NCBI GenBank assembly: GCA_951406725.2
Contig: OX597820.1
Span: 123,318,001 to 123,382,000, forward strand
DNA: 64,000 bases
Reading direction: 5' to 3'
Source: Octopus vulgaris
Lineage: Eukaryota
Shown here: piece after piece, positions 39,729 to 54,794 of the stretch
How positions within the stretch are numbered: the first letter of the stretch is position 1
Layout of the letters: every line of letters begins with the position of its first letter
Made by a program: the position numbers and the translations under genes
Notes under the pieces: model-generated
Database searches by the model: none
What the model was told of the DNA's origin: nothing
What the model saw: the letters and a program-made list of their open reading frames with translations, nothing else

Positions 39729-41103
39729 TAGAAGTGGAATTCAAAAATTATCTCCTCTTTTGTCAAAACTTTCTTTGGGCTGGTTGCAATTCCTCCAACG
39801 CTCGCATGTTAAAAAGTGGTACCCTTGTTGTTCCGCAACTGAGGTTTGAGCTTGATCGCTTCAGTTATTTTTTCTTGTTTTACAAAATAAACATGGCCAC
39901 TTCGATGATAACGTGCACCAAAGAAACATAGAGATCAGTCTGGTCTGTAAGTATGTCAGGGGCCTACATTCACTGCAGGCTTTCAATACAATACGGAGAC
40001 TGTATTCTACCGCGTAAAAATGTGCATGGTGGGGATCGAGAAGCTTAAAAATTTCGGACAGACGTGAAACACGAAGAAGGAGCAGGACGTGGATCAACCT
40101 CTACTGATGCGAAGATTCAACTTGAGAGATGGTTCCAGTGTCCCGACGGGTGATCATCGACATGGTGGCATGTCCTCTGTAAATTTTCGTCTGTGGAGAT
40201 CTGCTAACGCTTACTCGACCGCTACAACAATGCAGGCGAAGTGTTTTTTTTGCAGCGTGGAAGGTGTTTTAAAAGCCATTTAAGAAACACACAAAAGCCG
40301 TTCGATTCACTTCAAAATATAAATTTAATTTGTCAAAATATTTTCGTCGCTTTGAGACCGCGACCTGTTCACTGACAAAGCTTCGTGCTGCATCACACTA
40401 TGCAAGTACATCTCCGTAATTTCTTTTTTTTTTCTTGTTTGAAAGAATAGTCAAAGGAGATTAGACCTGGGTCCATCACTTGGAATCAGAATCTAAAAGG
40501 CAGACTATGGAGTGGGGAAACCTGCAATCGAAAGCGAAAAAGAAATTCAAGATTCAACCTTCTATAGAAAAAGTGCTGCTATCCGTTTTTTAGGACGCAA
40601 AAGGGCCTATACAGGAACATTACCCGGGAAACGGGATCCGCAGTAACCAGTGTAGGCTACAGTGAAATGCTGACCGAGAAACTAGAAATTTGCACCAAAC
40701 ACCGAGGTTTATTTTCTAAGCAAATGTTATTGTTTACTCAACGATGGACGCCCACATACGGCTGGCCATAGCATTGAAACCATTAAAACATTTGGTTTCG
40801 AGTCGCCGAAACACTTGTATACACTTTCGACCCTTGCGAATTCCATCACTTTGGACCGCGCAAACATACTTTAAGAGGTCATTGATTTGCTACGTACGTC
40901 GAAGTGCAGGAAAATGTGCATACATGGGTGCGGAACCAGCCGAAAACTTTCGCCGATGGAATAAGACAGATTGTTAACCACTGGAAGAAGCGCATAGAAA
41001 AGCACGAAGACTAATTCGAAAAAATCACTTAATTGTTCAATCCCTGCTTCTATTTTCATAAATTACAGAACAAGTGTGAGCATAATGTTTGACTTACTCT
41101 CGT
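39729..41103 (+). mobile_element. Decayed near full-length mariner element with a nested hammerhead-bearing repeat
   Basis: MATSMITCTKE..IHCRLSIQYGD, KKKFKIQPS..KVLLSVF*DAKG, WVRNQPKTFADGIRQIVNHWKK; right TIR TAATGTTTGACTTACTCTCG|TA. Confidence 0.85.
40250..40420 (-). mobile_element. Second copy of the 15072-15263 repeat, with hammerhead-like motif at 40329-40379
   Basis: tttgtca GTGAACA G GTCGC ggtctcaaa GCGAC GAAA atattt tgacaaa. Confidence 0.7.
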
Positions 41104-41104
41104 A

Positions 41105-41411
<307 letters not shown>

Positions 41412-41744
41412 AAGAAAAATTCAAGATAGGAAATGCAAAAAGTAATTTTATAAAAAAACATTTCAGTACCGGTTTCAGTCATTGAGACTTTTTCAACTGT
41501 AACAATTAAATAATTAAATTTAGAAAAATTAAAAGAAAAGTTTTTTTTGAAAAGTATATTTGTATAGTGTTCAAATACAAGTGGCATTTTCCTTGTTTCT
41601 GTCTGTCTCTGTCTCTCTTGTTTACTCATGTGGGTTCGAGGTCCTTGTGGATTATTGGTATGGAAGAGGAAGAAGAAGAAAAGGAAGGAGGAGGAGGAGA
41701 AGGGGAATAATAATAATAATTTGGGAGTGCCATGATAGTAGTAG

Positions 41745-41793
<49 letters not shown>

Positions 41794-42619
41794 ATGTGTG
41801 TGTGTGTATTTGTGTGTATGTGTTTACGCTCGCGCACACAAACCTCCCCAGTAGAAAGACAAACAGACAAAACAGGTGTTTGCGTATATGATTTACACGA
41901 TGTAAGATAGACTTGATTACATCATGTAAATTGTGTCTGCATGTTTTCATATAAACACTGTCCTTACGCCTGTTCCAGATTTCGTTCTTTCTGAGCACTA
42001 CTTGTTAACTACCTATACCGACTCATAAACTAGCATCATGCCAGTCATTGTGCACACACACAAACACACGTACAGTAAACTCTCTTTCTCACACACCCAC
42101 ACACTAGCACGTACACACATACAGAGACAACAAAGCACACACAGGCGCGCACAAACATACACACACGTATAAATAAGTAAAACTCCTTCGATTATGTCTT
42201 CTCAGGGCTGAGTAAACAACGACAGAAAAACAACAGCGCTAACAACTATTGGTATAGTGTAGCAGTGTGGAATTATACATACATATATATATATATATAT
42301 ACATATATATATACATACATACATACATACATACATACATGCATATATGCATCCATCCATCCATCCATACATACATACATACATACATACATGCATACAT
42401 ACATATATACATACATACATACATACATACACACACATATATATATTTATAAAATTTCACAGCATTTAATTCAATTTAATCTCTTATTATGTTTTATCAA
42501 AATGTCAAACACCACGTCATAATGAGGTCAACCGCAAAAAATTCTGTGTCTTTTGTTTTACATATTCCAACATCGTGTTCGTTCTTTCTGTCTGCAACAG
42601 TTTCCAAGTTACTTCAATC

Positions 42620-42652
<33 letters not shown>

Positions 42653-44099
42653 GAAGGTGGGGAAACAATACTAAAACATAAACGTTTAAATATATAATGA
42701 AAAGATGTAGTGCTTTGTAATATATAATACATACATTTATATATGTATATACATATATACGCGTACGTATGTATAAGAACACATATATACGCATCTATAT
42801 GTATATATATATATGTGTGTGTGTGTATGTATGTATGTATATAAAATAAACAAAAATCTAATTACAGTCCAATCTCATTAACTGTGCTAATGAAACGAAT
42901 GATTGCGTTATTTGAAACAAATGATTGTTTATTTGATCTAAAACCAATTAAAGTTCATTAGAATGACAAATATCTTTAAATATTTCAATATCTACAAATT
43001 ATTCTGTTAGAGACATCAATTATAGGCAGACTTGTTTGAACTGAATAGACTTACGCTTTCTTCCAATATCGCTGTAAAACAACGAAGACAATCAATCATT
43101 TATATATTTATTATTTAAGCGTTTTTTCTTGTTTATTGTATCATGATTAATTGCAGCGCCAGAGTGAAAGAAAATAGAACGTCGTCGTCGGATTAAATAG
43201 TTTTTCTGTCCAAGTTTCGTTGATTTATTTTTCCTACTAAGTTTCAAACTCATCCTTTAATATTTTTGCCTTTAAGATTTTGTCTGTAGGAATCGATTGA
43301 ATACTTACCGGTAATGTACTAGAATTGTTGCTTTACATATTCTATGTTCTCAGAATTTTTTATCAAAAAGAAAAAGTGAGAATCTAAAAAATTTAAATGG
43401 GCAACGATATAAGTATTCGATGGAGTGACACTAAACATGGAGTAGAAAGTGAAAGAAATGGCTTAAACTTTTTAGTTTTATCCGCAAACCCTCTAATTTG
43501 TAATATTTATCTTTAGACAACTGATATCTCTCAAAGCTTCCTGAAAAATACCAATAAATATGCACCAGTTTTATACCAGAATTCAGAGTTCATTATACCT
43601 GAAGATATATAGTTTTTTATCAATATAAAATAACGGTTGTATTCATTATTGTTCCTTGGAGCCAGAATTGGCAGAATCGCTATGTCGGACAAAATATTTT
43701 GTCATATATCTTTACGATAGTTACGTTTGGTGTTCATATGTTGCCTTTCGTTAGTCTGCAATCTATGAAATACGTTCGAATTTGGCACAAAGCCAATAAT
43801 TTTACAGGAAGTGGGTTAGTCAATACCGTTGGATCTATTGCTTGACTTATAGTTTATTTAGCAATCCTGCAAATGATGAAAGCAAAAGATGTCCACGATG
43901 GGGTTTGAAACCAGAACGTAAACAGCTGAGAGAAATTATCGCATTGTATTTCGTTCTGCACATTAGCAATTCTGCCAGATCGACGCTCTTTGGACTCTAT
44001 ACAATAATCTAAAGACTTAGACATAGTTCTGTCGTGAATCTTAGAACTCATAAAGATAGAGCTTAACCCTGTGTCCATTGGGTATAAACAATTTGCCAA

Positions 44100-44297
44100 C
44101 CTGAACGGGTCACAGAGGTCCGTTGCAGGGTCAACTTCCCAGGGGTTGCTGAAACTCATTTACAGCTGAGTCGACTGGAGCAAAGTAATACGAAGTGTTT
44201 TACTCAAGAATGCAAGGCACTGCTCGATCCGGAAGTTGAAACCACAATCTTACAATTGTAACTGCAACACCCTAACTACTAGGCCAGGCGCCTTCAC
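44100..44297 (-). mobile_element. SINE family D, diverged
   Basis: Reverse complement resembles the 53312-53450 head (CAGCTGAGTCGACTGGAGCAA). Confidence 0.6.
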
Positions 44298-45794
44298 TCA
44301 TAAGCCCTAAGATTGTGAATGCATCACTAACCGCTAGGTCATGTGCTTTGAGAACATTAAAGAACTGAAGTAAAATTTCATAACTTACCACCTCACTCTG
44401 CACACCAAATGCTTTCTCTTTTCCCAGTGTTGCAAATTATCATTTCTCTTGTTGATTTCGTTTTGTGCTCATGACATTTGGAAATATTTCTCAGTCTTCT
44501 TTTCATGTTTGCATATCGGCAGCAAATTATAAACTGTTGAAGTCAGAACTGGTGAGAACTGATGAGATATCACACATAAAACTCAAGTATTTCCTTTCGA
44601 CCCTTTTGATTCTGTCGCGGAATCGCAGTTCTGAATCATTGAACCATAAAATTATATCGCAGCATGTATGTATGATAGCACACTACAAATATAGACATAT
44701 ATAGTATAGGAAGTAAAAATCAATCTAAAAAGTATTTCGAACATAGATACACTACTTAATGGAAAATATAAGCATATTTCAAATGTAATTATCATTCATC
44801 TTGTATATGTTGTGTTATATTTGTATGTCGGTCAGTATCTGTATGTAAGCGTATCCTTATATGTTAAAGTATATCCATAAATCGATGCCAATTTGTCTCT
44901 GCGTTATGCCTTTAAATGGACACTTATATATTCATATGATCAAATATCTATATGTCTGTTTCTCTCTCTGTGTGTAGGTATATATCAGTGTTTGTCAGTG
45001 AGTGTATATCTATATGTCAAAGTTTCTCTATACGCCTGTATTTGTATCACAGTGTACAGCTTTGTGTCAGAGTATGTTTGTATATGTATGTTATTATGTA
45101 TATCAGTATATTGGTGAATATGGATATGGAAGTGAATATTTGTATGTCAGTGTATGTTGGATAAAGATCTACATGTTGGTTCCAAACTTTGGCACAAGGC
45201 AAGTAACTTAGGGGGAAGGTTAAGTAGAATACATCGACCCCAGTGTTGAACTGGTACTATTTTATCAACTCAGAAAGGATGAAAGGCATTGCCGACCTCT
45301 GTGAGTGCATAGTCATTAACTACTGTGGTGGATGGGTTTCCATTAAATGTGGCTGTTACTATTCTGTCGTTTACTGGTATTACTGCGGCCGATGCTTTCT
45401 CTGCTAAACTCTTGATTACTAATCCTACCCCTCCTGCTGCAGCACCATTAGTACTTATCCATGCACTTGTTGTTATTAGTGAGCAGCATTCAAGTCCATC
45501 TCCAGACGTTTTTCTTTCTCCCTAAGTATTCTTACATTGAATGTTCCAATCAGCAGATACTTTTTACTATTCATAAGTTTGATTCCTCTATTCTCTTCAT
45601 CAGCTACTTTTCTTCCATTTGGATTTAACGAAAGACCTTCATCAGTCTTTATGCGACTTGCTTGAACATCCGGAATGTCGGAGTCTATAAGCGCAGCCTA
45701 TCCACGAACTAGCATAACAATACCTTGAGTATGTGTGTTCGATATTGTTTATACTTCCCGGCTGTTATTAATTCATTTTTGAATATAGATATAA

Positions 45795-45888
<94 letters not shown>

Positions 45889-46197
45889 CTATATATATCC
45901 ATCCATCCGTTTATCTATCTATCTATCTATCTATTTATCTAGCTGTCTGTCTGTTAATCTGTCTGACTGTCTATCTATACATACATACTTACATACATAC
46001 ATGCATACATACATGCATACATACATACATACATACATTACATACATACATTACATACATACATACTTACATACATGCATGCATACATACATACATACAT
46101 ACGTACATGCATACATACATACATACATGCATACAAACATACATACATACATACATACATTACATACATACATACATACATTACATACATACATACA

Positions 46198-46228
<31 letters not shown>

Positions 46229-46336
46229 CATACATTACATACATACATCCATACTTACATACATACATACATACATACACACATACAAACATACATACAT
46301 ACATACATACATACATACATTACATACATACATACA

Positions 46337-46367
<31 letters not shown>

Positions 46368-46381
46368 CATACATACATACA

Positions 46382-46412
<31 letters not shown>

Positions 46413-46438
46413 CATACATACATACATACATACATACA

Positions 46439-46469
<31 letters not shown>

Positions 46470-46484
46470 CATTACATACATACA

Positions 46485-46515
<31 letters not shown>

Positions 46516-46529
46516 CATACATACATACA

Positions 46530-46560
<31 letters not shown>

Positions 46561-46654
46561 CATACATACATACATACATACATACATACATACATACATA
46601 CATACATACATACATACATACATACATACATACATACATACATACATACATACA

Positions 46655-46688
<34 letters not shown>

Positions 46689-46787
46689 CATACATACATA
46701 CATACAAACATACATACATACATACATACATACATACATTACAGACATGCATACATACATACATACATTACATACATACATACATAT

Positions 46788-46818
<31 letters not shown>

Positions 46819-46836
46819 CATACATACATACATACA

Positions 46837-46870
<34 letters not shown>

Positions 46871-47277
46871 CATACATATATACATACATATATACATACA
46901 TATATACATACATACATACATACATACAAACATACATATATACATACATACATACATACATACATACATACATACATACATACATACATACATACATACA
47001 TACATACATACATACATACATACATACATACATTACATACATATATATATATACATACATACATATATACATACATACATACATACATACATACAAACAT
47101 ACATACATACATACATACATACATACATACATTACATACATACATACATACATACTTACATACATATATGCATACATATACATACATATATACATACATA
47201 CATACATACATACATACATACATACATACATACATACATACATACATACATACATACATACATACATACATACATAC
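45795..47277. repeat. ~1.5-kb (AT)n/(CTAT)n/(ACAT)n microsatellite with recurring ACATT variants
   Basis: Directly visible; source of the 400-529 aa pseudo-ORFs. Confidence 0.97.
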
Positions 47278-47870
47278 TCATCACTGTACGTCTGAATGCT
47301 TCTCTCTAGAATAATTTGCATTTCCCTTTTAGAAGCTCGATTTTCGTTTTTCATATATTCACCATAATAAAATCATACGAACTAAGTAATATATGAGACT
47401 CATACACGAAACACACGAAACACTGCCTCATCACGACACAGATTTGGTCAACACAAACACAAGCAAACACACATACACATACATATACACAAACATACTC
47501 ACACAAGCACATGAATACATAAATGCGTAACAAAACGTATACACATGTGAATAAAAATTAACTCTTCAGAAAACATTATTATCCCAGTTTAATGCCATCA
47601 CTTTTTCTACATCACTCTTACTTCCTGTTTGCCTCTACATTTTCATACACTCATATTATTAACCCAGAAACATATATACGTAGAAGCGAATACACATTTA
47701 CAAACATATAAATAATTCTTTCTTTGATCCGGTCTTTCTAACCAAATTTACTAGTTCATTGATAGAGCAGATTTCTGAATATATATATATATATATACAT
47801 ATGTACTTTTTCTTTAATAAAAATTTTATTTCGTATATATATATATATAAACATATATATACATTCATAT

Positions 47871-47904
<34 letters not shown>

Positions 47905-47998
47905 ATATATAAATATTAAAAAGCGTGGCAAATATCGCTGGCAGACATTAAAATAGAAGCGACACATCTCTCACCATACATTCGCACGCTACGCACGC

Positions 47999-48057
<59 letters not shown>

Positions 48058-48262
48058 CAGTTCTTTTTATCTTCGAAATTAATATACTATCGTAATATAG
48101 GATAATACATAAATTAAACATCACACACACAAGCACGCACACACGCAAAGCCTACGCATACTGACACGTATGCAATTGTTATAGCTTTCTTTTAGTCTTC
48201 TTTCAATGAGCAAATATAACCGCGTATTATATTTCAACGGGCGCGAGTGTGTGTGTGTGTCC

Positions 48263-48324
<62 letters not shown>

Positions 48325-48784
48325 TACAGATTTACTCCTTTACTTTTTTCAGTCATTTTGACTGTGGCCATGATGGAGCAGGGCCACAGTGACTGTGGCC
48401 ATGATGGCAATCCCGGGTCATAGTGCTCGTGCATGCATATACAGCTGCGTGCGTGCGTGTGCACATACACGCGAGTACTGTCCAAATCTCCGACCAATCA
48501 CATACAGCTAGCTGGCATTTAATTGGCGTATCAAGTTTCGGGCAATTTGATTGGGTTTGGATAGAAAATTCACAAAAAAATCACTTCCATTGATTTTTTT
48601 AATGGCTTTGCGGGGTGACTGGGGAAATGTAAAGATGTGCACGACCACCCTTGGACGGTTTTGAATGACCATAGAAAGTGCGAGCCCTCTAACTGAAAAA
48701 GCTTGGATTTGTATAAAGGACACACACACAGACAGACAGACATTTTGCCGTATATATAGAGAGAGACATACATATATAGGTTTG

Positions 48785-48824
<40 letters not shown>

Positions 48825-49407
48825 GATATACCTAATCATTAGAATAGAGAATCAACAATTCTACTAAAAGATACAATGATATTTTGTTCGCGAGTATAAA
48901 GGAATTTATTCATAATTTTCTTATAAAAATGTAAGTTTTTTTCCGGCTATTAATTGTCTTCGTCAGAAAAGTAGCAAGAAAGAAAACAAAATAAAACAAC
49001 AAAGAAAAATCAGAAATGGGATTGAAGACGCACATGCAAACAGGAATACATACACAAATTCATAAAGATATATATACCTATATATCTATAAATAGGTATA
49101 GCTCTATCTATCTATCTATCTATCTATCTATATATATATATAATATATACTATATAATATATATATGCATGTTTATGTACGTATGTATTTATTTATCTCT
49201 CTTTCTTTCTCTCTCTCTGTATGTGTATGTATGTTCATGTGTGTGTGCGTGCGTGTATTCCGATTGTGTGACAGCAACATTAATAGACAATTGATAAGCA
49301 CTACAAAGGGCGAGGCATACAAAACAACTGCATGTTCTATTAGAAAGAAGTGAAAATAATATTTTTTTATGTTACATCTTTCTGTGCTACACGGTTTAGT
49401 AGGGAAA

Positions 49408-49690
49408 TGGAGGCGCAAAGGCCCAGTGGTTAGGGCAGCGGACTCGCGGTCGTAGGATCGCGGTTTCGATTCACAGACCGGGCGTTGTGAGTGTTTATTG
49501 AGCGAAAACACCTAAAGCTCCACGAGGCTCCGGCAGGGATGGTGGTGATCCCTGCTGTACTCTTTCACCGCAACTTTCTCTCACTCTTACTTCCTGTTTC
49601 TGTTGTACCTGTATTTCAAAGGGCCGGCCTTGTCACTCTCTGTGTCACGCTGAATATCCCCAAGAACTACGTTAAGGGGGCACGTTGTAT
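49408..49690 (+). mobile_element. tRNA-derived SINE family B
   Basis: GGAGGCGCAAAGGCCCAGTGGTTAGGGCAGCGGACTCGCGGTCGTAGGATCGCGGTTTCGATTC head. Confidence 0.85.
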
Positions 49691-49784
49691 CTGTTGTATT
49701 TTTCAGTGCCGTTCGTGGTTAAGTTGAGGGTTTTAACTTCACTTTCTAGCTGGTAAGCGCTTCGTGTACCCTTATGATATATAT

Positions 49785-50015
49785 GTATGTATCTGTGTGT
49801 GTCTTTGTGTCCGTGTTTGTCGCCCTATCATCACTTGACAACCGGTGTTGGTGTGTTTACGTCTCCGGAACCCAACTGTTCGGCAAAGAGACCGATACAA
49901 TAAGTTCTAAGCTTGAAGATATGTTCTGGAGTCGAATTGTTCGACAAAAGCACTTCAAGGTGTTGCTCCAGCATGGTTGAATTCAGATGACTGAATGAAG
50001 TAAAAGAATAAAAGG
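49785..50015 (+). mobile_element. SINE family C, 3' part
   Basis: TTGACAACCGGTGTTGGTGTGTTTACG..GAGACCGATA..GCTCCAGCATGG. Confidence 0.7.
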
Positions 50016-50143
50016 ATATCAGAATATATCTATATATATATATGTATGGGAAGCAGTATATATATACATACATATATACATGCGTATGTAGGCGTATATA
50101 TGCGTGTGTATGTATGTATGCATATATATATTTATATGTATGC

Positions 50144-50191
<48 letters not shown>

Positions 50192-51189
50192 GTATGTATG
50201 TATGAATGTAAACGTACATATAGACAAGCACGCGCACATGCATATACGCATACACACACATATACACTTGTGTGAACAGAAGAATGGAAACAAATATCAT
50301 AGAATGATGTATTTAGCAAATAGATTATCATGCCAGGATATACATCATGCTTAGATGTTTATTGCATTGATCGTTATATCTAGAAACACTGTTTAATACT
50401 CTAAAACTAGAAACTGGGAGGATGAATTGAAATATATCAATGTAATTGATGTAAGTATTCGCTCCTTAGATTTATGGCCATGCGAAAAAGGGATTAATCG
50501 TTAAGCTAATGAAAATTTCTATAGCTTAAATATTCCAGAACGAAATACAAAACTCTACCTGGTGTGGGGAATTTGTATTATAAGAGGATTTATTGCAAAT
50601 AAGTGCAAAATTGTAGATTATTACATATCCCGTTTCGTTAAGTAATTCTCGGGAAAGGAAATGATTTTTGTTATTTTACAATACTGAGAGAAATAAAAAC
50701 AAACATTGCTAAAGTTGAATCAGTATTTATTGTTATTGTCGTTTAGCCCTCTCCCAAATCTGCCTTTCCTGAAGAATAACGTTCCCGAAATGCATTGAAA
50801 CAGTGGCCATTAGAGCTTTTATGAAATATAGTTCCTGCGCGACATTATTCATCCTATCATTTACTAAAACTATAAGAATTCATTTGAAACGAAATAATTT
50901 TTATTTCTAATAAGTGGAATACAGTTCAATACATTCTGATGATAATAAAATATAACGATAGTTTGTATAACTCCAAGAGGGTTCTTCAAAACATCATTAC
51001 GGTTAGACAACAGCCTCACTACGAGTTGGGTAACGTATTGGTAATCAGAATTAGAAGCTCGCAATGTTGGAACAATATGGAACACTAGTAGATTGTACTA
51101 GTAGTGATTGCAACAATGAACTCACTATTCGGAAACATAGAGTCATAAACAATATACAGTGTTTTATAACATAGAATATAGACTCCATA

Positions 51190-51600
51190 CATTATACGAG
51201 ATAGACGAAAGATGGAAAGGAGGTGGCCACGGACTTGGAAAGACAAGTAATATTTCCACTAATAAAAAGAACAAAAAGACCGGATTTAGTACTATGGAAC
51301 AGAGACCGGAGAATAGGAATTTTACTAGAACTGACAGTACCTTGGGAAGAGAACATCGGCAATGCAGAGGAACGAAAGGAGAAGAGGTACGAAAAGCTAA
51401 TCGAAGAATGCAGAAAACAGGGCAGTGGGGGCTAGGAGCTTCATTGAAAGAAAAATGACAACGCTTTTCAAAAGAAGATTTGTTCTTTCTAACTCCGAGC
51501 TGCGAAAACTAATAAGGAGAGTACAGGAGGCGGTCGAAAAAGCCAGCTTCTATATATGGCTGAAGCGGGAAGACCAAAAATGGCTTGAAAGTCATAACAT
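51190..51600 (+). mobile_element. Hero/R2-like LINE endonuclease C-terminus
   Basis: KRPDLVLWN..ILLELTVPWEENIGNAEERKEKRYEKLIEECRKQG..AVEKASFYIWLKRED. Confidence 0.85.
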
Positions 51601-53239
51601 GCCGGCGGGAAATAACATCATTAGGTGAGACAAGCTGACATTGAATCAGCTTCGCTGACTGAGAGGTGACGGTCGTTTAGAGAATGCGCTGGTTAGAACT
51701 ACGCGCCTTCACTAGCCAGTTAAGGTGAGACAGTGTCACGTGACAACTTGCTAGGGCTGCCTGCTGGAGTCTGACAGCAGGTATTTAAAGGGGAAAAAAA
51801 TTGACAAGTCAGTCAGTCACCGGCTGACAACTCGCTGACGATACATCGGAGAAGGGCAGGGAATAGAAGAAGAAGAAGAAAGAAGACATGCACCATCACC
51901 AGAGCTGAAGACACCTCCAAAAGGGGGGACGTCAAAACGGTAGAGGAGTAGGGGCCGAAACCGGACGTGGTTCCTCCTGATGATGTATTGAGCTAACTGG
52001 ATCCTATAAAGGAGCTGTTGTGGTAGCAGACCACGAAACACGGTGGTAATTCCCCCATTATCAAATAAGCTACGTTATCAGATAAGATGCATATGTAAGA
52101 GTATGAGATCTTGTTTATAGCAATTGCGGTATTTATGTAGGAGGTCATGTTCTAATCAGATTCACCGGTCCGGTGGAGTAGCGTTCACTGAATCTCGATG
52201 AGATGAAACAACGCAGTCTCTCAAAGTCTCTTTATGAATCACATGTGCTGTGAACACTCATCGTCTAAAGAGATGTGTTCTTCGTTGGCAAAAAATATCA
52301 GCGATCTGATATTCACGTTGGAATTTACAAAGCGTATTAGGAATGGATAGATACGGTATTGATAATTGTGCATATCGTAAGCAGAAGACCGGAGATATTT
52401 TGTAGAAGAGGTTTAGTAGATTTAATCACTCCTAGTTCTTGAATAGTACTATTTTTAATGATTCTGGTGAGATTAAACATAAAACTGACTTCATTGTGAA
52501 CTTAACTCATAACATAAACAGCCAGAAGAAATCTTTCAAGGTATAATAGGCCGATCGTTCCACAGTTTTCTCCTCTTTCATCCTACAAACTGTGCTGTTA
52601 GACAACAGATAAAACAAACGTCCTTTCATCAGCTGTCTTAATAAAGGAGATTGTAATTTCGGTGTTTCGGACAGTGTTGCTTATGCATAGCCTGCACCAT
52701 TAGCCCTGGATAAAATGGTGGAGGTCTGAACTGGTGAAAACGAGACAAGAAGACTTAAGACCTAAGGAGATGAAATAAATATTAAGTACTGTGAATGAGA
52801 CAACGGTTAAGACAAAACAACGAGACATGAAAAGATTTAGATACGGAATAATTGGAAGCGACAGGAAGAGATATAACTCATAGAACAACAAAGCAATACA
52901 GTTAGGTCTTAGTGGTTGAAGGAAAATGATAATAAAAAGGAACAAGAAAATACATTAGTTTTTCAGACCGAAATCATACAAAGAACAAAACAAAAGTGTA
53001 TATATCCTGGCTCATAATGAAAAAAGTGTAACACAAAAATCTATCATAAGTTAATTGTTTTTAAAATTGGACATTAGCTCTTGACAAACGGGGGGGGGGG
53101 GGGGCGGACGGAAAGGACAAGAAGACTTACAATTGTAAGGCAAATTACAGCAAAAAGAACAAGGGATGTCAGTACTGAAGTAGGAAGAAAGAGTGACAGG
53201 AGAAAAAGGGAGCTGACGGAAGGGAATAGTCATATATAT

Positions 53240-53311
<72 letters not shown>

Positions 53312-53312
<1 letters not shown>

Positions 53313-53650
53313 GGCGCATGGCTCAGTGGTTAGAGCGTCGAGCTTACGATCGTGAGATTGTGAGCTCGAATCCCGGACCGGGCTGCGTGTTGTGTTCTCG
53401 AGCAAGGCACTTTATTTCACGTTGCTCCAGTTCACTCAGCTGTAGAAATGAGTTGCGACGTCACTGGTGCCAAGCTGTATCAGCCTTTGTCTTTCCCTTG
53501 GATAACACTGGTGGCGTGGAGAGGAGAGGCTGGTATGCATGGGCGACTGCTGGTCTTCCATAAACAACCTCGCTCGGACTTGTGTCTAGGAGGGTAACTT
53601 TCTAGGTGCAATCCCATGGTCATTCATGACCGAAGGGGGTCTTTACCCTT
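53312..53650 (+). mobile_element. tRNA-derived SINE family D, full length, in (AT)n
   Basis: GGCGCATGGCTCAGTGGTTAGAGC..GCTCGAATCCC head; GAGCAAGGCACTTT..TTGCTCCAGTTCACTCAGCTG body; TTTACCCTTT tail. Confidence 0.85.
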
Positions 53651-53671
53651 TTATATATATATATATATACA

Positions 53672-53707
<36 letters not shown>

Positions 53708-53714
53708 TATATAC

Positions 53715-53810
<96 letters not shown>

Positions 53811-54713
53811 TATCATTGCAATGCAACAGTACCACTTTCCAGCCAAATAAAGCACCGCAAAGGTAGAATTATAAATAAGAATAGTGGTACAATGCACCAA
53901 TGTTTGCTGGAAATAGCAGTCGATAACGATACGACGTATAGATGTATGCGGGCAGCGAACTTTAAAAATTTTCGTCTTACTTCTTGGACGAACATCGGAA
54001 AAAAGGACAACCCAGAATAGATAATCTAGGTCGCTAGTTTCGGTCTTTCCAATATACGTTTGTTATCGTAACTTTGAGTTGTCTTCATCAGCTGAGACAC
54101 AATTTTAACATATTGCTACAGTATTTTCGACTGAACGCCGAGCCATTAACAGAACCGAGATCAGTAAAAAGTCTTCTAAAAAATTTAAATATCATTTCAA
54201 TACAATAGTATCAATTTTCAACCAAATAAAGCATCGTAAATAAATGGTAATTTCTGCCTGTCTGTTACCATCATACTGCCTAACCAGTGAACCAATATTC
54301 ACTAAATGTTGCATACATGTTACACTAACATCCAGTTCAATAATAGGCTGATTGGACTTCAATAAAAATCTATAATGCGCTCCCCAGGATGGGGCTGGGC
54401 GAGTTATATGACAAAATGAGAAGGGTGCGGAAAGATTAGTCTAAAGGAAACGAAGTAGCAGAGTTAGGGGGATTTATATCAGGGAAGGCGAGAAAAGCGT
54501 TATGTAAGCGACAAATATTGAGTGGCAATAGGATGTTGACGTTAACACATCTGTCATATACACGCGACGCTGTATACATACTTTCGTAAATACATAGATA
54601 CAACACACACACGCACTCACTAACACACAGAGAGAAAAAGGTGGGTGTAAGGAATACGTAGCTTTAAGGGGTAGGTAGCTTTTCTGATGTCCATCGCAAA
54701 GAAACACTCACAG

Positions 54714-54747
<34 letters not shown>

Positions 54748-54794
54748 ACACACATATATATATATATACATACATATATACATACATACATATG

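Noticed and set aside
45725-47354. Long ORFs (529, 406, 400 and 274 aa)
   Set aside because: Translations of (ACAT)n, which lacks stop codons; not genes
48360-48407. Short duplication/inversion of GACTGTGGCCATGATGG
   Set aside because: Local rearrangement at a truncated SINE-C end; no further structure
49408-49480. tRNA-like sequences at SINE heads (also 53312, 33915 and 38270-38339)
   Set aside because: No proper acceptor stem, and they continue into multi-copy SINE bodies
51950-51995. GAAAC..CTGATGA (type II hammerhead order) downstream of the Hero fragment
   Set aside because: Too little room for stem I and no clear stem II
54030-54095. Minus-strand CTGATGA..GAAACTAG hammerhead candidate
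   Set aside because: Stems II and I do not pair convincingly
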